This document shows positions 38,347-46,881 of a stretch of 64,000 nt of DNA, in pieces. Each line of letters begins with the position of its first letter. Positions within the stretch are counted from its first letter, which is position 1. Source of the DNA: an uncultured Chloroflexia bacterium (GTDB taxonomy: Bacteria > Chloroflexota > Anaerolineae > Anaerolineales > UBA4823); contig CAVZGO010000002.1 of assembly GCA_963774935.1 (NCBI GenBank), positions 137,865 to 201,864 of the forward strand, in the 5' to 3' direction. The notes beneath the pieces are model-generated. The model was not told where the DNA came from, ran no database searches, and saw only the letters and a program-made list of their open reading frames with translations. The position numbers and the translations under genes are program-made.

Positions 38347-38375
38347 AGTTTATCTTACCCGACAAAATAAGTCAA
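38347..38375 (-). promoter_or_regulatory. putative sigma70-type promoter of the aro operon
   Basis: Minus strand TTGACT (38375-38370), 17-nt spacer, TAAACT (38352-38347). The -10 element ends 7 nt before the leader ATG. Confidence 0.4.
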
Positions 38376-38407
38376 TATTCCGACTGTTTAAATTTCGTAA
38401 AATCGGC

Positions 38408-39247
38408 TCAATATTCGTTGAAGGTGAATGTTGATTCAGAGTAGTAGCGGATGGCGTCGCTATTCATGCGCTCCATCAGCCATTCTCGCAGCCAGAGCTC
38501 TTTTTGCTCCAGAGGCCAATCCACCGCAAGCACCCATAATGGGATATTTACATTCAATGCCCGCGGGGTAATGATGTGCCGGGTGATTCCAGTAGGCACT
38601 TTTTGCCCACTCCGCGCTGCTGAGATCACATCACCTTGATGCAGGCGAGGAAAGATGACCAGGGCTGTGATGCCCGGATAATAAGGCTTCTGTATTTCCC
38701 AGATATCGTTCGATGCCCGGAAGATATCTGACCGGTCACGGTAGGTGCTGACGATCTGATTCAGTAAATTTACATCTGCTGCGAGCACTCCACGCGTATT
38801 CCTGGCAATGCGCACACCACTTTCGCAGACAAGGTATGCAGCCGCTTTGTGTTCCGCCAGTGCCAGGCGGGCATCCTCCAGACTGGTAGCCTCCAGCCGT
38901 AAACCAGTCACCTGGGTTAACGCATGTTCGAATTCCTCGATCGGCATACCAGCAACGACATGGTACCAGGTATCCAACTGAACGGTTGGCTCCTGATATG
39001 CCACCCATTGGGCGACGATGTGCGGCATACCCAGGCTTTGGATCGCCACCGTGCGGTTGGCGCCGTCTAAAACCACGAATTTGTCAGTTTCAGGGATGCT
39101 GGCAACAATTGGAGGGTGCTTAAACACCCCTTCCTGCTGGATGCGCTGGCTCAAGCGCTCCACCCGGCGCGGATCCCAGTCCTCGTGGGTGACCAGGAGT
39201 GACGAGGGCAGCATACGCAGGTCTGGTAGGACAGTACTATCGTGCAT
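38408..39247 (-). CDS. ParB/sulfiredoxin-fold N-terminal domain protein of unknown function
   Basis: 279 aa. LVTHEDWDPRRVERLSQRIQQEGVFKHPPIVAS...KFVVLDGANRTVA resembles the ParB-nuclease/DGQHR-type core (xLDGxxR). The C-terminal 190 aa or so have no recognisable motif. Confidence 0.55.
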   Translation of the reverse strand: MHDSTVLPDLRMLPSSLLVTHEDWDPRRVERLSQRIQQEGVFKHPPIVASIPETDKFVVLDGANRTVAIQSLGMPHIVAQWVAYQEPTVQLDTWYHVVAGMPIEEFEHALTQVTGLRLEATSLEDARLALAEHKAAAYLVCESGVRIARNTRGVLAADVNLLNQIVSTYRDRSDIFRASNDIWEIQKPYYPGITALVIFPRLHQGDVISAARSGQKVPTGITRHIITPRALNVNIPLWVLAVDWPLEQKELWLREWLMERMNSDAIRYYSESTFTFNEY

Positions 39248-39354
39248 GTAACTGATTCCCGGAAGATCAAAGGGTTCTGACTAACAGAGTATACAACCTG
39301 ACCGTGCAGGAATGGTAAAAAAAGGATAAATTACATCTACTAATTTACAATTGA

Positions 39355-40248
39355 TTACAGGAGTGGGAAATTCTTCTTGAAAGAACCCATGAAGGTGATA
39401 ACCTCTCCACCGAAACCTGACTTAAAACGCGTGAAACCTTCCCATTCTTCATCCTCTTTGTAACGCTCGTCTGCGATGCCGTCAAAATCCAACCAGGAGC
39501 AGCCACGCCGCTTCCCTGCGAGCATACCCGCCCATACCGCGGCATTTGCGGCAAAATCGTGGCGACCTGCCTCGGTAGAGCCGTTCATCTGGTATGAGAT
39601 TGTGTCACCATAAAGGATGTAGGATGCCACAGCTCCTGGCTCACCATTGCTCAGGTGGGCGAAAACCACATAATAGTTATCTCCAAAAGCCTGGCAAATG
39701 CGTTCCAGGAATTTGATAGAAGGCGCCTTCATCTTCAAACGCTGGAAATTTTGCTGCAGCACAGCAGCAAATTGATCCAGCAGAGCCTGTTCTTTCAGCA
39801 GGTCCTCCCCTGTAGCAATCTGGGTTGTTACCCCCCGGCGCTGCGACAGGCGAATGTTATAGCGGGTTTTTGACTCCATGCGGGCAAGCATCTCATCCTC
39901 TTCCGCAGTCAGATCTACAAGGATGGTCTTCGTCGGCGCCACCGCCACCTTGTCCCATCGATAGCCATATTGCTCGAGCCCCTGTTCCCAGGCATCCGCG
40001 CCTGGTGAACCGACAACCGCTTTTGGAGCAATCCTGGCGCTGACGAGGTGATGCTTTCGCCGTAACGGCTCAACTGCAGACAGCACTTCTGGCATATCAA
40101 CGCCCTGAATAACTAACAACCGAAGGAATGGAATTGGAAATATTTTCGAGATGATCCCACCGCAACCATTGCCAAGGTCAGCGAATTCGTATCCACCTTG
40201 AGCCAGCAAATTTCGGAATTCCGGAGATTGGCGGAAGTCAGAATACAT
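39355..40248 (-). CDS. FemAB-family aminoacyl-tRNA-dependent peptidyltransferase-like protein
   Basis: 297 aa. TKTILVDLTAEEDEMLARMESKTRYNIR, YYVVFAHLSNGEPGAVASYILYGDTISYQMNGST.AGR and FKSGFGG match the FemX/FemAB pattern. Confidence 0.7.
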   Translation of the reverse strand: MYSDFRQSPEFRNLLAQGGYEFADLGNGCGGIISKIFPIPFLRLLVIQGVDMPEVLSAVEPLRRKHHLVSARIAPKAVVGSPGADAWEQGLEQYGYRWDKVAVAPTKTILVDLTAEEDEMLARMESKTRYNIRLSQRRGVTTQIATGEDLLKEQALLDQFAAVLQQNFQRLKMKAPSIKFLERICQAFGDNYYVVFAHLSNGEPGAVASYILYGDTISYQMNGSTEAGRHDFAANAAVWAGMLAGKRRGCSWLDFDGIADERYKEDEEWEGFTRFKSGFGGEVITFMGSFKKNFPLL

Positions 40249-40521
40249 CTCTCAATTCCTTCTTTCGAATCGTTGATCACCTTGCATAATATAGTTGTGG
40301 TTTATCATGGGAAATTTTTGTTAATATCAGCCTGGTTCAGATTTCCCATATCAATTTTACCTGGATCATCCAAATATCTCGATTATTTTTATCGTCGTTT
40401 TACGCAGCCAGATACTGATCGTTTGCTGACTATTACTTTCGGTAATTACCGAGGTTAGTGGAGCATATAGTAAAATCTAGCTTAGCAGCATTCTATATTC
40501 CACCTGGCAGGAGAACATCAA

Positions 40522-41692
40522 ATGGGAAAAACCTATGCAGTGCTCGGCGCGGGACGGCAAGGCACTGCCGCAGCGTACGATATAGCCCGTTGGGGAGATG
40601 CATCCAAAGTCGTCTTAGGCGACCTGAACCTGTCCGCAGCAGAGCGGGGAGCACGTCGCGTCAACCAGATGCTTGACCGTGAGATCATCGTAGCGCGCCA
40701 GGTGGATGTGACCGATGCACCTGCTGTCCTGGCTGCCCTGGAGGGTGTCGACGCATTTCTCAGTGCCGTGCCTTATTATTACAATTTGGATCTTACGCGT
40801 CTGGCCATCCAGGCACGCGCCTCTATGGCTGACCTGGGGGGCAATACCAGCATTGTCATCCAACAGCACGCATATCATGCTGAAGCACAAGCTGCCGGCA
40901 TCTCGATCATTCCCGACTGCGGTCAGGTACCCGGTGTGGGCACCGCCCTGTGTGCCTATGCGATGAGTTTGCTGGATGATACTGTCGATGTGTTCATGTG
41001 GGATGGTGGCATCCCGCAGAATCCGCGCCCGCCATTTCAATACCTGCTCACCTTTCATATCGCCGGATTGACGAACGAATATGCCGAACCAGCGATTTTC
41101 TTACGCGACTGGAAAGTTACCGAAGTCGAGCCGATGAGTGAGCTGGAGATTGTGGAGTTCCCAGAACCCATTGGCAAGCTGGAAGCCTTTGTGACCGGCG
41201 GCGGCACGAGCAGCATGCCATGGACATTTGAAGGCAAGCTGCGAACCCTGCAAAACCTCACCCTGCGTTATCCGGGGCATTTCGCACCAACTGCGCGCCT
41301 ATTGGGATCTGGGCTTGTGGGATCAAGAACCGATTCAAGTGGGGCAACAAAGTGTGGTGCCGCGCGAGGTTTTCCACGCCCTGTTTGAGCCAAAAGTGGT
41401 CATCCCTGGAGACAAGGACGTATGTATCATCCGCATCCGCGCCGTTGGGCGAAAAGACGGTCGCCCGGCTGAAGCCCTGGTAGAGCTGATCGATTATTTC
41501 GATGAGTCGAGTGGCTTTTCAGCCATGGAACGCATGACCGGCTGGACCGCCGCCATCGCTGTCGAAATGATGGCGCATGGTCAAACGCCGCACGGCGCTG
41601 GCGGAGTGGAGTCTTTCATTCCCCCGGCGCAATACGTTGCCGAGCTGCGCAGACATGGATTAAACGTAACCGAGAAGGTGTCAGTGGAATAA
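40522..41692 (+). pseudogene. saccharopine dehydrogenase-family oxidoreductase; frame broken near 41281-41290
   Basis: ORF 40522..41388 has YAVLGAGRQGTAAAYDI (Rossmann fold) and is sensible up to LRYPGHF. ORF 41228..41692 (+1 frame) is sensible from QLRAYWDLGLWDQEPIQVG...VVPREVFHALFEP through the C-terminal domain. Confidence 0.75.
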
Positions 41693-41737
41693 GGAACCAG
41701 TCAATGTTTCAGTTCGTCTTTAATGAGGAGGAATAAA

Positions 41738-42184
41738 ATGTCTACGAATCGTAAAATACTTTTTCTCATCGTGGTAACACTCATCATTGCTGGCTGCTCC
41801 AATGCCGCAAGCAGCCCCACCGCGGCTGAACCGCCCAGTGAAGAACCAGCCAAAGCTGCTCCGGGCGGTTCAAACCTGCCCACCGACGGCACACCCATCT
41901 CCAATCCGGACTTATTAGCATCTCCACCAGTCGCAGCGATGAATGCACGCCAGGCACTGGCAGATGAGCTGGGAGTTCCTGCATCAGATATCACTTTTGA
42001 AGAAATCGAGCAGGTGGACTGGCCAGATGGCTGCCTGGGGATACACCAGCCGGACATGATGTGCACCCAGGCAATCGTTCCTGGATACAGGGTCATCCTC
42101 AGTGTAGATGACCAGCTTTATGAATACCACACCAATCTTGATGGCACTTACGTCCTGCCAGCTTCAACATCCCGCCCTAATTGA
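41738..42184 (+). CDS. lipoprotein of unknown function
   Basis: MSTNRKILFLIVVTLIIAGCSN has a lipobox (IAGC). AGGAGG lies 6 nt upstream of ATG 41738. The tracked start 41723 lies inside that RBS. Confidence 0.65.
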   Translation: MSTNRKILFLIVVTLIIAGCSNAASSPTAAEPPSEEPAKAAPGGSNLPTDGTPISNPDLLASPPVAAMNARQALADELGVPASDITFEEIEQVDWPDGCLGIHQPDMMCTQAIVPGYRVILSVDDQLYEYHTNLDGTYVLPASTSRPN

Positions 42185-42209
42185 AAGCATCTTTACGATT
42201 TAAATGCAA

Positions 42210-42245
42210 GTGGTGTCAGTGCGGTTGATTCTGCACTGACACCAC
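42210..42245. repeat. 13-bp perfect inverted repeat between convergent genes (non-canonical terminator-like hairpin)
   Basis: gtggtgtcagtgc (42210-42222) / gcactgacaccac (42233-42245), 10-nt loop. The A-run follows the hairpin on the plus strand, which is the wrong orientation for a canonical terminator on either strand. Confidence 0.5.
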
Positions 42246-42320
42246 AAAAAATCGGTAGGAAAAACCTTATGCAATTATGCCTGGGGAACACCAACCAGGC
42301 TAGAGATATTCGGTCCAGGT

Positions 42321-43199
42321 TTACGGTGCGTTGTTGTTCCAGAACCAGTTATAGGCGAAGAAGACATTTCCCTGGGTGCGAATGGCGATTTTTTTGGAGC
42401 CTGCCAACGCCGCTGGGATGCTGAAGGTCTTCTCGATGTACCCACCAGCCCCGGAGTTAAAGCTGCCAACTGCGATCCCGCCAACACCTTTCGTACCCAT
42501 CGGTCCCATCAGGACTGTGAAATCGGTATTGGGTGGGTAGTTATAACCCTGGATGGTCACGCTGGTGTTCCGGACAACGGATTTGATGAAGAAGTACGGA
42601 TACCCCGTATATCCATCACCACCATTCGTTCCGCCCCCGGCGGTGTTGTTCCAGAACCAGTTGTAGGCAAAATAACCCGAGCCAGTAGTGCTCTGCAAGC
42701 GGATTGCCAATTTTTGTGAACCCGCATAGCCGGCTGGGATTGGATAGGTAGCCTGTTTGCTAGCCCCATTGCCTGATTTATAAGTTCCGACCACAACTCC
42801 GTTCTTCCCCTGGGTGCCGTAAGGACCAATTAATACGTTGAATTTATCCTGCGCAGGGAAGTTGTATGTCTGGATGGTCACGGATGTGTCCCGCGCCACC
42901 GAGACGATGGAGAACGTGGGTATCGTTGATGGGCTTGGGGCGGGGGCAGTACCCGTGGTAGATACACACAACACCTGACCTGCATATATCTTATTCGGAT
43001 TAGCGATATTATTCAGGTCAGCCAGATACTGCCAGCTCACACCGAACTTCGCCCCAATCTTGGCCAGTGTATCGCCCTTCTGGACTGTATACCAGGTGGT
43101 GCAGGTGGCAGCCTGCGCCGGCTGGAGCCCAATGCCCAGACTGGCACAGAACACAGCCAGGATGGTCAGCACAATGATAAGTTGCTTAGTTGTTTTCAT
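42321..43199 (-). CDS. secreted LysM-domain protein with two copies of a 90-aa domain of unknown function
   Basis: Signal peptide. LysM (YTVQKGDTLAKIGAKFGVSWQYLADLNNIANPNKIYAGQVL). Two collinear repeats (aa 93-185 and 201-289), each ending FAYNWFWNN. Confidence 0.85.
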   Translation of the reverse strand: MKTTKQLIIVLTILAVFCASLGIGLQPAQAATCTTWYTVQKGDTLAKIGAKFGVSWQYLADLNNIANPNKIYAGQVLCVSTTGTAPAPSPSTIPTFSIVSVARDTSVTIQTYNFPAQDKFNVLIGPYGTQGKNGVVVGTYKSGNGASKQATYPIPAGYAGSQKLAIRLQSTTGSGYFAYNWFWNNTAGGGTNGGDGYTGYPYFFIKSVVRNTSVTIQGYNYPPNTDFTVLMGPMGTKGVGGIAVGSFNSGAGGYIEKTFSIPAALAGSKKIAIRTQGNVFFAYNWFWNNNAP

Positions 43200-43484
43200 T
43201 GGACTTCTCCTTACTTAAAGAATTGAATATTGTCGCTAGATTCTCCGAAAGAGCGATCATCCAGGAGAATCACCCATACCTGATCCTGTGACGAATGCTA
43301 TGCAAGATTAGTTCCACCCGAAACCCGAGATTGGATAATAATCAATCTCTCATCTATCTCAGGCATATTTTAATTATACATGAAAATATGATAATATTCG
43401 TATAATTCAGCCAACGGGAACACAAATTTTACGTTAATATACGTCTTAATTATGGATGAAAATTTGTGTAAGGAGGAAAATCAC

Positions 43485-44834
43485 ATGAAAAGCTCACAAG
43501 CCTGGATCTATGCAGGTGTTGCCGCAATGATTGTGGTGGTGCTGAGCGCGATGTGCGCAATTGGTTACTTTGCCTTCTTCCGCCCGAGCCAGTCCACACC
43601 AGATACGTCCGCAGCTTACACCGAGGCAGCCCAAACGATCGTTGCCCAGGTTACCCAGGACGCTGTATCGACCCTGATTGCTCAATTCACCCAATCAGCA
43701 GTTGTTACGAGTACGCCGCCTCTCATCCCAACCTTTCCGACGTCTACCTCATCGATACCTGTAATCCCCACCAGCCCGCCGGTAGTCGCCACGCCCACCT
43801 GGCCGCCGGTCCAACCACCGACCGCCACGGCGATTACCATACCGTGTGAACGGGTGACCTTCATTAAGGATGTCACCATCCCCGATGGCACGGTACTGGC
43901 AGCAAACACACCCTTCCGCAAGACATGGCGGGTGCGAAATGATGGCTCCTGCACCTGGGACCCCAGTTACCTGCTGGTTTTTGTCAATGGCACCGCAATG
44001 ACCAACCAGACAGCCGTGGCAATCCCCGGCGTGGTGCAGCCCGGTCAGCAGGTAGATGTCTCCGTCGACCTGGTCTCGCCTGCTCAGCCGGGTAACTTCC
44101 AGAGCAACTGGAAGTTCCGCAGCCCGCGCGGTGTCACGTTTGGAACCGGCTCCAGTGGGGCAAATGCGATCTGGGCGCGCATTACTGTACAGGAACCCAT
44201 CAAGCCGAATCCAAACTATGCGTTCGATTTCGCCGCCAATTTCTGCAACGCCCAATGGCGCACCGCGGCTGGATTGATCGGCTGTACTACGCCCAGCAAT
44301 GACTCCAGGGGATCGGTCACCCTGCTGGCTAACCCTGGCATGGAAAACCGCATCGAGAATGAGCCCGGGCTGTGGGTGCGCCCAAATCAGGCATCCGGCG
44401 GATTCATTCAAGGACAATACGCACCCTATCAGGTCAAAGCGGGTGACCACTTCGTTACTGAAATTAGCTGTGCCCGGGACAGTAACAACTGCAACGTCAT
44501 TTTCCGTGTGGATTACCAGCTTGCAAACGGCACCACAGGAACCCTGGGTCAGTGGGGAGAAATTTACGATAATTCAACCAAAGTGGTTGATATTGACCTT
44601 TCCGCATTCGTTGGACAAAGTGTTCAGTTTATCCTGCGCATGACCAACAACGGCAATGTCGCCCATGCCAACGGCATCTGGTTTGTGCCTTCCATCCGCA
44701 ACAAGCCGCCCACCCCAACTGCTACGCTTGTTCCGACAGCGACGGCAACTCCGACGTTGGTGGTTCCGACCATCCCGATCATCACCATCATACCAACAAT
44801 CGCCCCGCCGATCATTACACCCCCGTCTCCATAA
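43485..44834 (+). CDS. membrane-anchored extracellular protein with NBR1-like Ig domain and PT-rich linkers
   Basis: TM helix (WIYAGVAAMIVVVLSAM). CERVTFIKDVTIPDGTVLAANTPFRKTWRVRNDGSCTW...VDVSVDLVSPAQPGNFQSNWKFRSP matches the NBR1-type Ig-like pattern. AGGAGG lies 7 nt before ATG 43485. Confidence 0.7.
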   Translation: MKSSQAWIYAGVAAMIVVVLSAMCAIGYFAFFRPSQSTPDTSAAYTEAAQTIVAQVTQDAVSTLIAQFTQSAVVTSTPPLIPTFPTSTSSIPVIPTSPPVVATPTWPPVQPPTATAITIPCERVTFIKDVTIPDGTVLAANTPFRKTWRVRNDGSCTWDPSYLLVFVNGTAMTNQTAVAIPGVVQPGQQVDVSVDLVSPAQPGNFQSNWKFRSPRGVTFGTGSSGANAIWARITVQEPIKPNPNYAFDFAANFCNAQWRTAAGLIGCTTPSNDSRGSVTLLANPGMENRIENEPGLWVRPNQASGGFIQGQYAPYQVKAGDHFVTEISCARDSNNCNVIFRVDYQLANGTTGTLGQWGEIYDNSTKVVDIDLSAFVGQSVQFILRMTNNGNVAHANGIWFVPSIRNKPPTPTATLVPTATATPTLVVPTIPIITIIPTIAPPIITPPSP

Positions 44835-44850
44835 CCTGCTGGAGATATAA

Positions 44851-44892
44851 AGAAACTGGCTGCCGTTCGATTTCCTGGCAGCCAGTTTTAAT
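44851..44892. terminator. bidirectional intrinsic terminator
   Basis: aaagaa-ACTGGCTGCC (44855-44864), 12-nt loop, GGCAGCCAGT (44877-44886), then ttttaatt. It lies between convergent genes. Confidence 0.65.
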
Positions 44893-44894
44893 TG

Positions 44895-46874
44895 TCAATC
44901 TTGTTCCTGAGCGATCAGGTCGACAACCTGGTAGGGCACCTCGATGATCACAATGCCCGGCTTGAACAGCAGCGCCATGCGCAGCCAGAGTGCAGTCTGG
45001 GCGTGCAGCAGGTTGCTCCACCAGTGTTCGGTGACGAACTGGGGCACCACGACCGTGATCACTTCGTCCGGTTGTCGCAGCCGATACAGCTTATCGATAT
45101 ATTCCAGCAGGGGCTCAAGCAGCAGGCGGTAAGGCGACTCGATGATCACCAGGCGGATGCCATCGCCCCACTGCTCCCACTTCTGCTGTACTTTCTCAGC
45201 CTGCACCGGGTCAAGGGAAATATGAACCGCGGTAATATCGCGTGAGATCGTTCTAGCGTAGTTAAACGCCAGCATTGAGCCGCGATGGACATTCGAAAGC
45301 AGCAGCAACACCCTCTGGCGGCGAATGTTGTGAGGCTGGTTGAAATTATCTAAAGTTAAGTTTTTCGCCAGGTTGCTGTAATGCCGGTGAATCCCGAAGA
45401 AAATGAGCACCAGTGCGGGCGTGGAGATCAGCACAATCCAGGCGCCATCGCGAAATTTCGTGAACGCAAAAACAAGCGCTACAACGGCGGTACAAACTGC
45501 ACCAAAACCATTGACCGCCATCTTCACCATCCATTTGCGGTCAAATTTTAGGATTGAGCCACGTTCCTGCACCTTGACGCCTTGCTCCAGCCGACCGGAT
45601 TTCCACCAGCGGCGCGCCATGCCCATTTGGGAAAGGGTGAAGGCGAGGAATACACCAATTGCATATAATGGAATAAGCCCGGTCACATGCGCCTGAAACA
45701 CCAGGATTAAGAATGATGCAATGAGCGCTAAAGTCAGTATCCCGCGCGAAAACACCAGCCGGCTGCCGCGATAGGCTAGCTGGCGCGGCATGTACCCATC
45801 TGCAGAAATCAAGGCACTCAAGCGCGGAAAATCTGCGAAGGCGGTATTGGCAGCCATAATTAAGATGACTGTGGTAGAAGAAATGATTAATAGGTAAAAA
45901 ATATTACGCCCATCAAAAACTGTTCGGGCAATTTGAGAGATTACTGTCTCCTCGATTGAAGGCACCGCCAGTATTTTGGTTGAAAGAAAACTGATGCCAA
46001 GGAACATTACAGCCAAGATGGAAGCCATCCAAATCAGGGTGATACCAGCGTTGCGGCTGCGCGGCTCTTTGAAAGCCATGATGCCATTCGAAATAGCTTC
46101 CACGCCGGTTAATGCGGTAGTTCCGCTTGAGAATGCATGCAGCAAGAGGAATATACTCACCGCGGCGGCTTCTCCAACGACTTCCATGGGTGGCGGGTTC
46201 ACCACGGTCCCCAATTGACCGGTAAGATACTGGTAAATCCCTGACCCAACCGTTATCGTCATCATCAATAAGAAGAAATAGGTTGGAAGCGCAAAGACTT
46301 TACCCGATTCCTTTACACCGCGTAAATTCATCAACATGATAAAAAACACCATCCCAATGGCTATCCACACCCGGTACGGAAAAGCCGCTGGAATGGCGGA
46401 AGTAAGCTGTGCCACTCCGGAGGATATAGAGACAGCAACAGTCAGGATGTAATCGGTTAACAGTGCTGCGCCGGCGATTGCCGCGGGTATCTCCCCCAGG
46501 TTATCGCGCGCGACGATGTACGAACCCCCACCACCCGGATAGGCATGGATAGTCTGCTCATAAGAGATGGTAACGATTGCCAGCAGTATGACTATGGCGA
46601 ATGAAATCGGGATGACGTAGGAGAATGCCGCTGTGCCGGCAACCGCCAGGATGACCAGGATTTCTTGCGTGGCATAAGCGGTAGACGACAGCGCATCTGA
46701 AGCAAAAACCGCTAAGCCTACCGCTTTACCGATCGTCTGGTGGGGTGCATCGGCAGTGGGTAAAGGTCGACCGATCAGCCAGGTACGCCAGCTGCGCTTT
46801 GGAAGGAAAACCGTTTCCTCGTGGAAAACTGTAGTCCCCTGATGCTGTTTGTCCGGATCCTCTACGAGAGGCAT
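44895..46874 (-). CDS. KimA-like APC-superfamily K+/H+ symporter (permease plus C-terminal cytoplasmic domain), copy 1
   Basis: 659 aa. FASDALSSTAYATQEIL, YPGGGGSYIV, LLTDYILTVAVSISSG, MNLRGVKESG, FSSGTTALTGVEAISNG, AANTAFADFPRL, IPLYAIGVF and a C-terminal domain VHISLDP...VVVPQF, collinear with B. subtilis KimA as I recall it. Confidence 0.75.
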   Translation of the reverse strand: MPLVEDPDKQHQGTTVFHEETVFLPKRSWRTWLIGRPLPTADAPHQTIGKAVGLAVFASDALSSTAYATQEILVILAVAGTAAFSYVIPISFAIVILLAIVTISYEQTIHAYPGGGGSYIVARDNLGEIPAAIAGAALLTDYILTVAVSISSGVAQLTSAIPAAFPYRVWIAIGMVFFIMLMNLRGVKESGKVFALPTYFFLLMMTITVGSGIYQYLTGQLGTVVNPPPMEVVGEAAAVSIFLLLHAFSSGTTALTGVEAISNGIMAFKEPRSRNAGITLIWMASILAVMFLGISFLSTKILAVPSIEETVISQIARTVFDGRNIFYLLIISSTTVILIMAANTAFADFPRLSALISADGYMPRQLAYRGSRLVFSRGILTLALIASFLILVFQAHVTGLIPLYAIGVFLAFTLSQMGMARRWWKSGRLEQGVKVQERGSILKFDRKWMVKMAVNGFGAVCTAVVALVFAFTKFRDGAWIVLISTPALVLIFFGIHRHYSNLAKNLTLDNFNQPHNIRRQRVLLLLSNVHRGSMLAFNYARTISRDITAVHISLDPVQAEKVQQKWEQWGDGIRLVIIESPYRLLLEPLLEYIDKLYRLRQPDEVITVVVPQFVTEHWWSNLLHAQTALWLRMALLFKPGIVIIEVPYQVVDLIAQEQD

Positions 46875-46881
46875 TACATAA

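Noticed and set aside
38183-38407. T-box riboswitch upstream of aroH
   Set aside because: The leader is only about 150 nt. It lacks an AGAGA/GNUGGNA-type stem I feature and the conserved T-box sequence. A leader-peptide model fits the sequence better.
42210-42245. Intrinsic terminator call for the 13-bp hairpin between the lipoprotein and LysM genes
   Set aside because: The hairpin is real. However, the A-run follows it on the plus strand, so the T-run precedes it on the minus strand. Neither transcript would end in a U-tract. Kept only as an inverted repeat.
43200-43330. Possible ydaO-type riboswitch in the 5' UTR of the LysM gene
   Set aside because: Only vague resemblances (gggtgattctcc, cggagaatctagcg). 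The CCGACAGCUAAC core and the pseudo-symmetric architecture are not evident. Reported only as an inverted repeat.
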